Origin: Balamuthia mandrillaris | Taxonomy: Eukaryota | Length of the DNA: 64,000 nt | Direction of reading: 5' to 3' | Assembly (NCBI GenBank): GCA_031835245.2 | Contig: JAVKOQ020000004.1 | Location: 372,001-436,000 of the forward strand | Shown here: positions 1-12,526 of the stretch, piece by piece | How the letters are laid out: every line of letters begins with the position of its first letter | Numbering within the stretch: position 1 is the first letter of the stretch | Program-made: the position numbers and the translations under genes | The notes under the pieces: model-generated | The model's input: the letters and a program-made list of their open reading frames with translations, nothing else | The model's database searches: none | Told to the model about the DNA's origin: nothing

Positions 1-170
1 TTATCCTCCCCCCGTTCTTTCTCCCGTGCTGTACTAAGCATTGGCGTTGGTATTGGCGGGTGGTGGTGGTGGCGGACCTTCGGGCTGTGTATGGTGATTC
101 CTCCTCCTCTCCACAAGAAAGACCCCTCAACAAACAAAAAAAGCGGAAGACAACAACAACAAAAGCACCG

Positions 171-242
171 ATGAGCACCCGTTCGTGTCTCTCGCTCTCT
201 TCCCTCTTCTCTCTCCTCCTCTCCCTCTCCCTCTCTCACCCT

Positions 243-276
<34 letters not shown>

Positions 277-2208
277 TCTCCCTCTCCCTGTGTTAACGTT
301 GATCAACAAATAAATAGGGAAACGGCCAGTGCGGCACTACCCACCCCCTGAGGGCGGCTGGAAGTACCCGCACACACTGTGGGTCTTGCCCAAGGATGAC
401 CAAGGGCACTATTGGCCTGCTCGCGTACGACAACCACCTCCTTGTTATTTGTGTTTTGTGAGTTTTGTTGAGCAGTGTTGTGGGCTCTCAAGCAAAGCGA
501 GCGTTCATTTTGGGTTGTGCACTGCCTGCAGGTTGTGGAAGACTCCACAAGAGAACAGATGCTGAGCAACAGGAAAGCTGATGTACCGGAGGACTCTGTT
601 TGTGTCACCATCTTTGGCAGAGATTCAATGTACGTACCACCACTAGAAGAGACAGGAGAGAGAGAGAGAGAGAACGAGAGGAGACAGCACAGTAAACGGC
701 TCTTTCGGTTGGAGGCTAAACTCCTTGCAGCGAATGGGTAAAGCAGGTGGATATAGAACCCTTCCTGCCTCCCCTAAAGACAATGAGGCGCCAATTGAGG
801 AACAGGACCTTTCTAAAGGCTTTGGAAGAGGCTAAGGACTGGCACCAAAAGGCAGAGCAGGCCCTTCATGATCATTCCTTTCCAGAAACAAGCTCAGAGA
901 GGTCAAAAGAAGTTAACGGCACCCAACATGAGCGACAAGGAGATGGCAAAGAGGATTCAAAGCAAAAGAAGAAAGAGAAGAGAAAGGGGTCTGAAAATGG
1001 AAGAGGTAAGGCCAAGTCCTCCGCCCTTCATTTCAATGCAAACTCTTTGAAACCAACACCACTTACCTACTCATATCTGTCTTACAGATAGAACAAAGGA
1101 ACGGCGCCGCTCCACGGATGGAGAGAAACCGGATAAAGAGCGGAAGAACAAAAAGGAAGAAAAGGGTGAGAAAAAAAGAAAGAGAAGGTCGGAAAGTGAT
1201 AACAATTCAATAGAACAGCGCTCCAAGCAAAAGCGAACCAAAACTCAAAAAGAGGGATTTACCTTGGATTCGCCGTTGATAATTGCAGGGAAAAGAGCTC
1301 GCAAGCGAACCAGCTATTATGGAGATGTTGTTACTCTAGAACTACCGAAAAGCAGTGCGGAGGCGGCACTGTTTGAGAGGCCAACCGACATAAACCACGA
1401 AAACGCACTTATCGAAAAGGAGGAGAAAGAGAGAGAGGAAGAAAAGGTGGAGCAGCCAGAACAAGACAAAGAGAAGGAGAATCAAGAGAAAGAAAATGAG
1501 GAACAGGAGGGGAAGCAGATAACAGATGTAATAGAGGAAGACAAAAAGGAGAACGAGCAGCAGCAAGAGGATCAGGAGACGGAGAATAAGGAAGAGGAGG
1601 AGACTGTGTCAGAAGCTTCATCTCTAGCCTTACAACGGGTAGCATCCCCTACACATCAGATAGATGAAGGAAAGGAAGCAGAACAGGAAGAAAAGGAGGA
1701 AACAGTGGCAGAAGTAGAAGGAAAGGAGGCAGACAAGGAAGAGGGAAAAGATGAAGGAACCCACGAAACAGCTATGGACGTACAGACACACTACAACAGC
1801 GAGCCACCATCACAGCTAGTGCCATACCAAGCTCTTGTTGAGAGCGTGGAGCGGTTACGAGAGGAAGTCGGTGAACTACGTAAGGACAACGCACGCAAAG
1901 AACAGCTTTTGACAACAGCCCAGGAACACTTTCAAGACATTTTGCTGGAGGTTGCAGACAAAAACAACACCTATCTCGATAAAATGAAGGAGATAAATGC
2001 GACTTTACTCACGAACCAACGGTCACTGTGGCAAGAAACGCTTCACCTTGCTCTAAAGCAGCAAAAACAGCAATTCGACGAACTTTTCCAACGCCACAAG
2101 GAGTACGTGGAACACCTCAACAGCACCCACCTTGCGAACCTGGAGGCCTTGCTTCCATCTTCTCTTTCTAATGCAACTCTAACCAATGAGAGGCTTGCTG
2201 ACAAATAA
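171..2208 (+). CDS. PWWP-like domain protein with acidic linker and C-terminal coiled coil (multi-exon)
   Basis: Spliced reading gives ...LWVLPKDDQGHYWPAR|VVED...VCVTIFG...IEPFL...FLKALEEA, matching the PWWP pattern (WPARV, VxxFG, F..AL.EA). GT-AG introns; last exon is ORF 1264-2208. Confidence 0.55.
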
Positions 2209-2269
2209 TTGTTTTCAACCTCCACTTCTATTCACCCTACAAACAGGAGAGAGGGAAAGAGAGAGAGGG

Positions 2270-2317
<48 letters not shown>

Positions 2318-2426
2318 TATCGACTACAGCAAGTTTACACTCTTTTATTGACACTCGTTTGGCTCTCCTTTCGCCTTCAAAGACTGACACATAGTGTGTT
2401 TTGCATCTGCTTGGTCAACAAGTTTT

Positions 2427-3317
2427 CTAAGGGTCAGCATCGCTGGTGGAGCGGTGGCGCCTCATCCTTACCATCGCTCTTTGTTCGTCTTCTTGTTTCC
2501 GTGGTTGTGGTTGCAAGCGTTGTTCCTTGTTAGGCAGATAACGTGTTGGGTTGGTGGTAGAGTCTTCCACCAATTTCTGTTCATGGGGTTGACGGTTTCG
2601 GCGACGGCGACGATGACGACGACGCTCTCGGCTGGCTTCTTCCTGTTCTCCTTGACAGGCCTCCTCTTTTCTTTGCCGCTGGCGATGGCGGCGGCGGTGT
2701 TTCTTTACCTTGCGATGATGGTCCTCGACCTGCTGCTGCTGTCGTTCTTTGTCATGTGGGGTGTACTCTCGGTGAGTAAGAGGAGCAGGTTCAAGTTCCA
2801 GCTCCTCCTCTTCCGCCTCTTTCTTGTCGTCTTTCATCGGGGCAGTGAGATCAAGTCCCAAGGCCCTTCTCCTAAGGTTCGGAGAGGAAAAGTTACGAAC
2901 GAGGCTTCCTTTTTGCTTTCTCTTCTCGTCCTGAGCAAGCTTATGGAGCTCGTTATACCATTTTTCCATGGCCTTTCTTGCCATCTCGTCTTCCATGTCC
3001 TCCGTCAGCTCTCTCAACTTCTCTACCTTTCCGCAGTGTTGGGGGGAGAGACCTTCCTCCTTTCCTGCTGCTGCTCCACCAGCGGGTTTGGGAGCCCATT
3101 TCCGCATCATGCTCATGAAATTGTTTTCGCTGTCCACACGGCCGGCTTTGTACAAGTCCAACCGGAGTTGAAAGGCCAGGTCCTCCTCCCCCTCCTGGTT
3201 TGCTTCCTCCGGCGTGTCTCGCTTGGGGGAGGACCGGGGGCCTTGATCCGAGTCGGCGAGACGAACCGCGCCTTTCCTTGGCTTGGATTTTTGGACAATC
3301 GCTCGGAACAAGTCCAT
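2427..3317 (-). CDS. hypothetical charged low-complexity protein
   Basis: 296-aa ATG ORF rich in K/E/R, convergent with the previous gene; no recognisable domain. Confidence 0.5.
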   Translation of the reverse strand: MDLFRAIVQKSKPRKGAVRLADSDQGPRSSPKRDTPEEANQEGEEDLAFQLRLDLYKAGRVDSENNFMSMMRKWAPKPAGGAAAGKEEGLSPQHCGKVEKLRELTEDMEDEMARKAMEKWYNELHKLAQDEKRKQKGSLVRNFSSPNLRRRALGLDLTAPMKDDKKEAEEEELELEPAPLTHREYTPHDKERQQQQVEDHHRKVKKHRRRHRQRQRKEEACQGEQEEASRERRRHRRRRRNRQPHEQKLVEDSTTNPTRYLPNKEQRLQPQPRKQEDEQRAMVRMRRHRSTSDADP

Positions 3318-3689
3318 TACGTTGGTTGTTTGGTGCTGGCTGCGTTTTCTCAGAAGGGGGGGAGTTCCTCCTTTGGCTTCTTCGTGAGGTGCTGTGTTTC
3401 ACAATGCCGGGGTATCCGCTGGAGTTTTGGGGGCGGAGCGCCAGGTCGTTGCAGTTCTTCTTCCTCTTCTTGTGCACCACCACCACCAGGGTTGGCTTGG
3501 AGGGCAATTTCATAAAAGCAGCATTGTCACAAATGATTAATTTATTCCTTTAAAGGGTTATGCCACGTCATCCATGACCTTTGGAGAAGAAAGTCCCCCC
3601 AAAGGGTCCACTGCCCACCCACCCCCCCCCACCCACCCCATAGAAGAGAACGCACACTCTGGGGAAAACCTTCGTTCTTCTGGTACTAA

Positions 3690-5024
3690 ATGAAAGAGCT
3701 TCGTTTTGTATTGCTTTTCGTTTCTCTGGTGGTTTTTGCTGTGGCGGTTGCCCAGGCAGGCGTGGGAGAACACTCGGTTGCGGTGGGCGGCCGAAGTCGA
3801 GAGAGGGTAGCACCAAAACCAAATTCAGTCATCCAGGACGAGGACCTCTATGCCAAGAAGGCGTTCGTCAAGTGGACTAAGAGGTTCAACAAAGAGTATA
3901 AAACTCACACTGAGTTGGTGAACCGTTACGAGATATGGAAACAAAACAAAGAGTACATCATGAAGTACAACCGTTTTCAAACTGAACTAACCGGAGTGAA
4001 ATGTACGTTGTTGGCTCCTTTCCCTATCTTATAATGGTGCTCGCTAACCAAAAACATGCTCTTGGGTCGTTTTGCATGTCACCCCCTTCATAACAAACAT
4101 TAACAGTGGAGATGAATGAGTTTGGAGATATATCACCCGAAGAGTTTCACGCCGAGTACACAGGTTTCGGTGTGGATGGACAGTTGTTGCACCTTCGCCT
4201 GCCGCAACTAAAGCCGGCCAAGGAGAGCAAGATAATGTCGGGTTTACCACCTTCTGTGGATTGGCGAGCCAAAGGTATCGTCACCGGCGTTAAAAACCAG
4301 CTGAAATGTGCGTCTGCTTGGGCCTTTGCAGCTGTGGGGGCAGTGGAGAGTGCCTATGCCAGGGTTAACCACCTCCTTCAAACCCTCTCTGAGCAGCATG
4401 TGGTTGACTGCGGGGAAAAGTACGGATCCAAAGGCTGCCGCGGTGGCACCCCACTCAATGTATGTTTTCTTTGTTCGCGACACCACGTGTAACGATTGCT
4501 ACCGACTACCCATCCATCTGGCCAGAATATCTGGAGACTAATACCATTTCTTTACCATGACGGTGGGGCTTATTCAGGCTTTTGAGTTTGCCAGGGACAG
4601 AGGAATTCTTCGCCAGTTGACGTACCCCTACAATGGCACTCAGGCGGAGTGTGCCTATCCTAAGAGTTCGGTGGTCACCACCATCGACGCATTCGAGGAG
4701 ATCCCAATGGGAAGTGAGGCGACCCTCACAAGAGTGGTGGCATCGGTGGGTCCTGTGGCCGTGGGCATCGACGCTACCAACAGGGCGTTCCAGTTCTATC
4801 GCAGTGGCATATTCCGTGATTACAACTGTGCCAGGAACACTCCTTCTCATGCCATGCTGCTGGTAGGCTACGGCTCCGATGCTGATAAGGACTATTGGAT
4901 TCTCAAAAACTCGTTTGGTACCGAGTGGGGAGATAGCGGGTACTTTTATCTCTCCCGCAACGAGGATAACATGTGCGGCATAGCTTCCGCTGCCTCCTAT
5001 CCCCTCATCCGTCGCATCGAATGA
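3690..5024 (+). CDS. papain-family (C1A, cathepsin L-like) preproprotein with I29 prodomain; catalytic Cys replaced by Ala
   Basis: Signal peptide, ERFNIN/GNFD-like prodomain (NEFGDISPEEF), LPPSVDWR, NQLKCASAWAF, SEQHVVDC, GCRGG, HAMLLVGYG, YWILKNSFG; 3 exons. Confidence 0.92.
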
Positions 5025-5356
5025 GAATGCTGAGCATGACAGTCAACTGAAGAAAGGACCCGAAACGAACCCTCCCTTTTCTCCTTCCCCCTCCTCGATC
5101 ATTGTCAATAACATGATATTATCAACAATAATTCAACCTTGCCCCAATAATTTCGAGATTTTTGCCTCTCCTCGCCTCACCGCCACCACCACCACCACCC
5201 GCCCGCAAACAACAACAAGAATTACAAGCAGCAAGAAGAAGAAAAAAGCAAAGCCATTCACAAAACCGAAGTGCCTCTGCCTGCCTGCCATCCTACTTGT
5301 GCGCTTTGTTGCTGAGTAAGGAATCATCCTCCTAACCAAACCTGCCACCTCCCACG

Positions 5357-5426
5357 ATGAGCCATGACTTTGCCACGTTTCGGGAACAGATGTTTTTCTG
5401 GACTTCCCTGCCAGGCATAGTTTGTA

Positions 5427-5479
<53 letters not shown>

Positions 5480-6061
5480 CCTTCCTCTCCACTGCATGTT
5501 GCCCAACTAATGATCTCTGTGCATGAACGAATGAGCAGTCTTCGGGTTGAACGTGTTGGTTTTGATTGTGATAGCAACGGCATGGGACCTCAGTAGAAAG
5601 CGCAAACCGCGAGAAGGGCTTGAACCTAAGAACTATGAAAAGAACCTACCACAAGGAGATGAGCAAGAAGAAGAGGAGACGCTCACCGAAAGAACAGATA
5701 GTGCTTCATGCTCTTTGAGCGAAGCCGACGAAGGGGAAGAGGAAGAACAAACTAGGATCGAAAGCTATGCCGAGACCGAAGAAGGAGAAGAACTAATGAA
5801 CCCCTCTATGGGAGAGGCTGCAACAAGCACCACTCCAGCCTTTGCTCTGACAGCGGAGGCACAACAACGGCGCCGCGTTATGCACAGAGCTGTCTATGCA
5901 CTGATACACCTATGTCTGTGGTCCATGACCTTGTCTGTATGTTTTGGAGCCTTAACCAGCGCAGCGTGGGACTTTGTAAGTGAACCATTCGCCATAATAG
6001 CCATGTGTGGCGTTTTGTGGTTCAGCTGGATACTCTTTTCTCCTACCAGCGTTATCAGTCC

Positions 6062-6103
<42 letters not shown>

Positions 6104-8257
6104 TTTCTTTCTTGTCGTTTCTTTCTTTCTTTCTTTCTCTCGTGGGTGTGAAAGAAAAGAAGAACTCCGAATAACCTTATCCTTTCTCGACTGGTTAGTT
6201 CTGTTCATGGGAAGCGTGGAGCAAGAGCATGCTTTTCAACCTCTGCCGCAGCCAAGGCGTCGTCGTGGTCCTCGTTTTGGTGCAATTCAGCGTGCACCTG
6301 GTTACGTAAAACAAGCCTTTCGGTTGGTTGTCAATAAGTTTACTGGGCGCGAGAGTAGTACCTCCACCGAAGCTTTCATTGTAAATAACATTCAAGACCC
6401 AGTGAACGAGAATGAGGACACCGAACTCACGGACGGCATTATAACTCCTCCGAAAAAAGCAAAGCTGGACCGAAAACGGGTCAAACGGCTCCTCTTCTTC
6501 TACATTGGTGGGTTTTCCTTTGCTATTTTAATGGCTATCTTCTTCCTTTTGAAGACGTTACCTAACCCCATTTTTTTATCTGGGTTTATGATTGCATGTG
6601 CAGGTCTTGCCTCTTTATTTATTTTCTCTTTCCTCACTATCTACCTAACCTCTGGTGTGTGCGTGTGCTCTCACCCCTTGGCTTTTTCCACGCGGTTCTC
6701 CCGTTCGTTTGAGGACAACCTCTGCCCTAAACAGTCTCTTCCTTGCCACCTTTACCTTACTCTAACTCATAACACATCCCACGAAATCATTGTAAATTTT
6801 CATACCTCTACCCCTCTTTCTCACGCCAAGGTAGCCCTCTCTCCTACTCTGGCGCCTCACCTGGTTTTATTGTGTTTTTTCTAAATCCGATTCGAATCTC
6901 TCTTTGTTTAACAGGTGTACTACGACACTGTGTCTCACGCCCACGAAAGTGCCAACGGTTTTGCCTTGTACAATTCCTCAGTTACTGCTAAGTCTTTCCG
7001 GTTCCATTTCATTGAGGAGCACCAGCGGTATGTCCACTGGGCGGAATTGTTGGACCTTCAACCAGACACTATCTATTACTTCATCGCTGGTGGCGGAGAT
7101 GACATTGAACACTATACTCAGGAGCGTTGGTTCATGACCTTACCTGCCACATCAGAAAGAGGTACCGATTTAGTAATCACGTTCATGCGCTTACAAGTGC
7201 CTAACGTTCTCCTCTTTGATGTAGACTTAATATTTGGGGCTGGAGGAGACATGGGCTTTGAGTCTGGCTCAGAAGACTTTATGCGCTTGCTAGGGTCTCA
7301 CCAGGAGCTACAATTCATGATGATAGGAGGGGATATCGCCTATGCCAACGCCTTGGCCACCTGCTATCATCGTTGGGACCAGTGGTTGCAGTCCTGGAGT
7401 AAGCACACCACGTCACCACAAGGTCGCATGTTGCCTTTGTTAGTGTCTATTGGCAACCATGAAGCAGGCTACAGCGCGCCCGAAGCTCCCTATTTTCAAG
7501 CCTATTTTCCCCGTGAGAGAGGCTTGGACACAAATTGGAATCACAGAAAAACTTTTGCTTCCCATCTGCTGGCTAATCATACCATTGTTCTCGCTCTGGA
7601 CACTGGTCACGTGGCCTCTCCTTCTTCACAAAAGAGCTGGATTGACGAACAGCTCAACCAGAACAAAAACAGGCCTACCCGATTGGTACTTCTGCTCGCC
7701 TTCGTGCTCTATGTGGCATGACTAACTTTCCAATGCTTTTCTTTTCAAACAAACCTCTACTACCAATACAACCACGCACATCTGCACAGGCGACCTATCA
7801 CGTGCCCCTTTATCCATCCAGAGAATCAGACGACGATCAGGACACCTTGAGGGATAACTGGCTGTCACTTTTTGATAAACATAAGGTACACAAATGCTTG
7901 CTCATTTTGTTGTCCTTCCAGCCCTCACGCCTCGTTTTTATTTTTCGGCCACAGTTATCGATAGCTTTTGAGCACCATGACCACCTGTACAAGCGTACCA
8001 AACTGCTTAGGAATGGGACAGCGTCTGAAACGTCAGGCACCCTCTACCTGGGAGATGGGTGCTTGGGCATTACCCCACGAGATCTGCCCTCCAGCAAACC
8101 CTGGTACCTCGACCAACTGCAAAGCACAGCCCACTTTTTCCGCGTTACAGTGTACGCCAATGGGACGGGCTTTACAGCTCAAGCCCATAATGCCAGTGAC
8201 CTTATCTTTGATAACATTTCCGTGTCGCCTCCTTTAGCGGTGGTACAAAGATCATAA
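5357..8257 (+). CDS. purple acid phosphatase-like metallophosphoesterase with N-terminal multi-pass membrane region
   Basis: Motifs GDMG, GGDIAY, GNHE, YHVP, FEHHDH in order; FN3-like HWAELLDLQPDTIYYF; several hydrophobic helices upstream. Confidence 0.85.
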
Positions 8258-8520
8258 ACTTTGTTTGCTGCATAAACTTTCTCTGCTGCTCGTTTCGTTC
8301 TTCAAAAAGTAAACACATACGTCGTGCTACATTGTAACAAATCCCTCGATAAAGCCTAACAAGCCTTTCTGGTTTCTTCCTCCTCCTCCTTCTCTTCCTC
8401 TTCCTCTTCCTCCTCCTCTTCCTTTTCCTCTTCGTGCTCGTCCCCCTCCAACATCGTTTCTCCAATTGTCGTTGTCCTTAGATCTTATGATCTTTGCGCC
8501 GCCTTACCTTAGTATGATGC

Positions 8521-11249
8521 CTACTGCAGGGCTGTTGGGTAAGGGCCTGCTGTTCTTTGCCGGTGGTCGCCGTGCTGGTGACGGAGTTGAGGAAGAGCTG
8601 TGTTAGCAGTGGCCACTGCTGCTGATAGCGGAAGTGGTAAGGGATAGTAGGCGGCTGGGTAGTGTGGAGGGAGTTGGCGTTGTTGGCCCCTTGTAGTGCT
8701 GTTAAAGTGAGAGGAAAAAGTGAGGCCAGGCCTGGAGAAGGGAACAGCTCCGGTATGTTCAGATTGAGGGTGAAGGGGGGAACTGCTTCTTGTGTTGGAC
8801 GCTTGGCCGTGGTACTTCTGTGGTTGGCGATGGCTGCCCTTTAGCCCCATTGCTGCTATGGCAGAGGCTACAGCTTCTGCCATCATATGAGGGTTTATGT
8901 TTGAAGGGACAGTAATGGGGCTGATTGCTGCATCCTGTTGCATTGGGTAAAAAGGGGGAAGTTGGTGCGGAGGTTGGGATGTTTGTAGCGGAAAGGGACT
9001 TGAACGAGGTGCGTTGTTATTTGTATTGACCGCCTTTCCAGTGAGAAGAATGGAAGGGTCTACGAAGGATGGATCTCCTGCAGAAGTGTTACCTGTCGCT
9101 GGTAAGTAAATGAGGTCTTCAATAAGCTGAGGGCTACTTAGGTGCAAGTTTTGGTTTTTGGGGAGTTGTTTTGGGTGAGTAGGAGTCGGCTGCTGGTGAG
9201 ATCGCAATTCATTACTTAGAACTCGGTTAGAAGATTTTGTCTGCTGGTCTGACTGAATAATGTTGAGATGAGGGGCAAGGCTGCTGCCATTATTAAGACT
9301 GTGGGAGAGCAGTGACGGGGTGAGCAATTGTTGTAAGCACAATCGCTCCGTGATAGTAGTGGCTGCTTCAATACCAGCACGTTTAGTTGTCATTTCAAGT
9401 TTCGATGAGGAAGGCAATGAAACTGCTTGGCGAGGTAAGGAAAAGGGTTTTTCGTTACGGGAGGCTTGTCGGCGTGCTTCGTCCAGGATCTCTGTAGCGT
9501 TTTTGAAATGTGGTATTGGGGATGAGCTTGCGTTGTGACTAGACAGAAGATGGGATGGCTTTTTGTGGGTCGCAGGCTCAATAACGCTTCTATTATTGTG
9601 GGGAGGCCAAGCGCTTGGGCATGTATGACATTGATCTATAGATGGAGGCACCAATAAAGAGGATGTCGTTGACACATTCTCACATGTGAGAAGGAAGGGG
9701 TTGTAAATAGCGATCCGGCTGTGAATTATTTCTTCTATTTTCTGTATTCTCAATGTTAGATATAATGATGAACAACAGAATGCAGACTAGAGGCAAAGAG
9801 AGAGAATAGAAGAAACAGCGAATAGAAGAGATAGTACCGATACAGAGCTGAGGAAGGCTTTAAGCTCTTTTTTGAACTCTTGAACACCGGCAGCGTCCGG
9901 GGAACGAAATAGATTGTGTGATGATGCATGCTTGATAAGAGCTGGTGTTGGTCGAAAGCGGTGTATAATCTGTGCAAGCTGAGATTTTCCAAGGGAAGAC
10001 GTGCTGACAGAAACGAGGTCACAACGTTGGACAAAGGTGCCATGGGAAAGCAACAAGTTAGATACAAAAACAGGTGCTTGTTTGGGTTTGCTGCTTTTGG
10101 TTGGTTGACCTTCTTTTCCGTTTAGTGTGCTGTTACTGCTGCCACTTACATCATGGTTGCCTGGAGTCCCCTCATGACTCCCATCATTCGTTAAATTGAC
10201 TAAAGAAGAGTGCTGATGGAAGGCCTGAATAAGCCGATCTGAAAGGTGTCTATTCACTACATTCGCTTCCATATCAGGCGGCAGTGAAATAAGAGCACTG
10301 GTGCTGTACGTGGCGCTAGGCTTGCAGAAGAATTTGTTTAGCATGGCTGTATAGAGTTTATCGCACTCAAGGGAGCGAAGCAACAAGCTATTGCGGTCTA
10401 CAGTGGTCGCCATGCTCAGCACTGGGTAATGCTCTCCCTTGGTAAGTGCGGAATGCAAGAATAGGATCGAGCGAAAGAGGTCAGAGGAGAAGAAGAAAGA
10501 AGAACAAGAAGAAGCAGAGGTCTCGAAAGGAGAAGAGAAAGAAGAAAGAGGTAGAGAAGCAAGAAAAACAAGAGAGCGAACCCATACCTCTAATGAAAGT
10601 ATGGGGTGGGACTTTAAGGAATGGAAAGTGTTAACAGGACGGAAGGGAATGAAGCCAAGTATACCATGTGGTGGTTTAGGAGAGGATATCTGCGCATGTG
10701 GTGGGTGAGTAAAATGCTCAGAAGCCAAAATGGTGAGCATACCTGCCAAAACGCCTTTTCTTCGCCAATGAGCAGGAACGGGCTGGTAAAAGGTGAAGGA
10801 AAACTGAAGGTAATGTTTTCCTAGATGAAACGGAGGTTAGAGGAAAGAGCGGAGAGAGCAGGGAGAGCATAGCACATAGAAACAGCGGAATGTACATGAA
10901 GTATTTTAAAGAATGAGGGAAGGTCTTGGTAGGGCTTTCTAAAACAGCGTTTCAGATTTTCGAGGTACCCAAAGTAAGAAAAACCCAACCATTCATGTCT
11001 GCCTACTTGTGGAGTGTCCTCATCCTCGCCACCCGGTAAAGCCGCAGTGTCTAACACGAGCGTGAATTCCAAGTGGTTGTCACTAAGAAGAACGCTTACA
11101 GCAGCGGGAACCACCGCAACGTCCGTGCCATTTGCGAGTTGCTGTTTCTTAAGGCCCTCCACTCTGCGCACGCCTTTGTAGCACCGGTACACGTTGACCG
11201 TCGTACCCAAGCCATTTCCGTTCGTATCGCCTGCTTCTCTCTTCATCAT
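8521..11249 (-). CDS. hypothetical multi-exon protein with S/P/Q-rich C-terminus
   Basis: ORFs 10821-11249, 9787-10749 and 8521-9753 can be joined through canonical GT-AG introns; no recognisable domain. Confidence 0.5.
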
Positions 11250-11476
11250 CTATCCCCTCTCTTCCTCCTCCTATTATGACACGACACGGAGCCACTTGCT
11301 GGTGCACAATCATGACGACACGGATTTCTTGTTATCGGCATCCAAAGAATTTATACCTAACCGGAGGAGTAGGCAAAACCAAGATTACACATCACGCTTC
11401 CCCTTTGTCTCTGTGGGAATTATACATGCCTCCTCTATAGTTATGGCTACCTTGTGGATGGAAGTTTTTTTTGCAT

Positions 11477-12066
11477 AGTGTACCAAGGCCTTGAGCAATG
11501 GCTTTCCGTTGCCCAAGGCTATAGAGGGCTGGCTTTGGTGATTCTCTCTTTGACCCAAACTTAATTTACTAAAAGTAAAGAATACAAGTAAAGTATTTTG
11601 TTGTAAGTTGTCCTAAGAGGAAAGAAGAAGAAACAAGGAGAGGCAGTATTTAAACTAGAAGAAAGATCCATAAAAGAACAAAGCATAAAATGAAAGAGAA
11701 AGAGAAAAGGAAACATCAAGAAAGGAGAAGGAGAAGATGAGAGGTTGGCCACATTACACCGAAAAGTAATTCCTCTATAGTTTGAGGATCTCCTGCCTTA
11801 TGCAAAGGGATACCTACCCCCTGTTTTCACCCTTAGCATTCAGGTAGTATCTTGCATATGTTTATTTCCATACTTCATCATTTCACTGTCAATATTGTCC
11901 AGCTACTTTGCCCACTCTCAACCTTTTCAGGCAAAATTAAAGCTCTCCTTCTTAAGTCAGTTGCTGCCAAACCAAGACAGTCCTTCTGGACCTGCTTCTT
12001 CTCAATACAAGCTCCTAATGGAGAAACCCTTCATTCCTAGTTTTGCTCAATGTTCCTTGAAGGCCA
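11477..12066 (-). mobile_element. old, deleted fragments of the LINE family
   Basis: 11477-11550 resembles 16441-16520 and 11765-12066 resembles 18381-18735, with many substitutions and deletions. Confidence 0.7.
11557..11746 (-). mobile_element. SINE-like non-coding repeat, copy 1 (lacks 3' end)
   Basis: Reverse complement of about 23841-24045; same 5' start aacctctcatcttc. Confidence 0.7.
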
Positions 12067-12086
12067 CTAGCTATAACACTGCTTGG

Positions 12087-12526
12087 TGTAAAATAAGAAT
12101 GGGAATGATAGCAGAGACAAAGTAAGTATAAGACCTGAACTTAATTTACTAAAAGAGTACAAGTAAAGTATGTTGTTGAATGGTGTAAGTTGTTGTGAGA
12201 GGAAAGAAGAAACAAGATGTTGGTTGAATCCAACCTTAAGAATAAAAGAGTCAGTGACAAGACAAGAAGTGTATTCAAGAGAATAGAGGAAGGACAATGA
12301 GAGTGAATCTCTGACGTTGCTTCAAAGTACACCCAGAGAAAGGAGAAAGAGGAGAAAGGAAGGATGGGGGGATATAAAAGAAAGAAGAGCTGAGGGTCTG
12401 GGACGGATTCAACAACTGTTGGTGGTTTTTACCAACAAAGAAGAGGTAGTATTTAAACCAGAAGAAAGATCCATGAAGAGAAAGAACAAGGAAACATCAT
12501 GAAAGGAAAAGGGAAGATAAAAGGTT
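12087..12526 (-). mobile_element. SINE-like non-coding repeat, copy 2 (with extra internal segment)
   Basis: Both ends match 23841-24093; extra sequence at about 12215-12440. Confidence 0.7.

Noticed and set aside
2394..3515. 373-aa hydrophobic + strand ORF
   Set aside because: Antisense shadow of a purine-rich - strand ORF.
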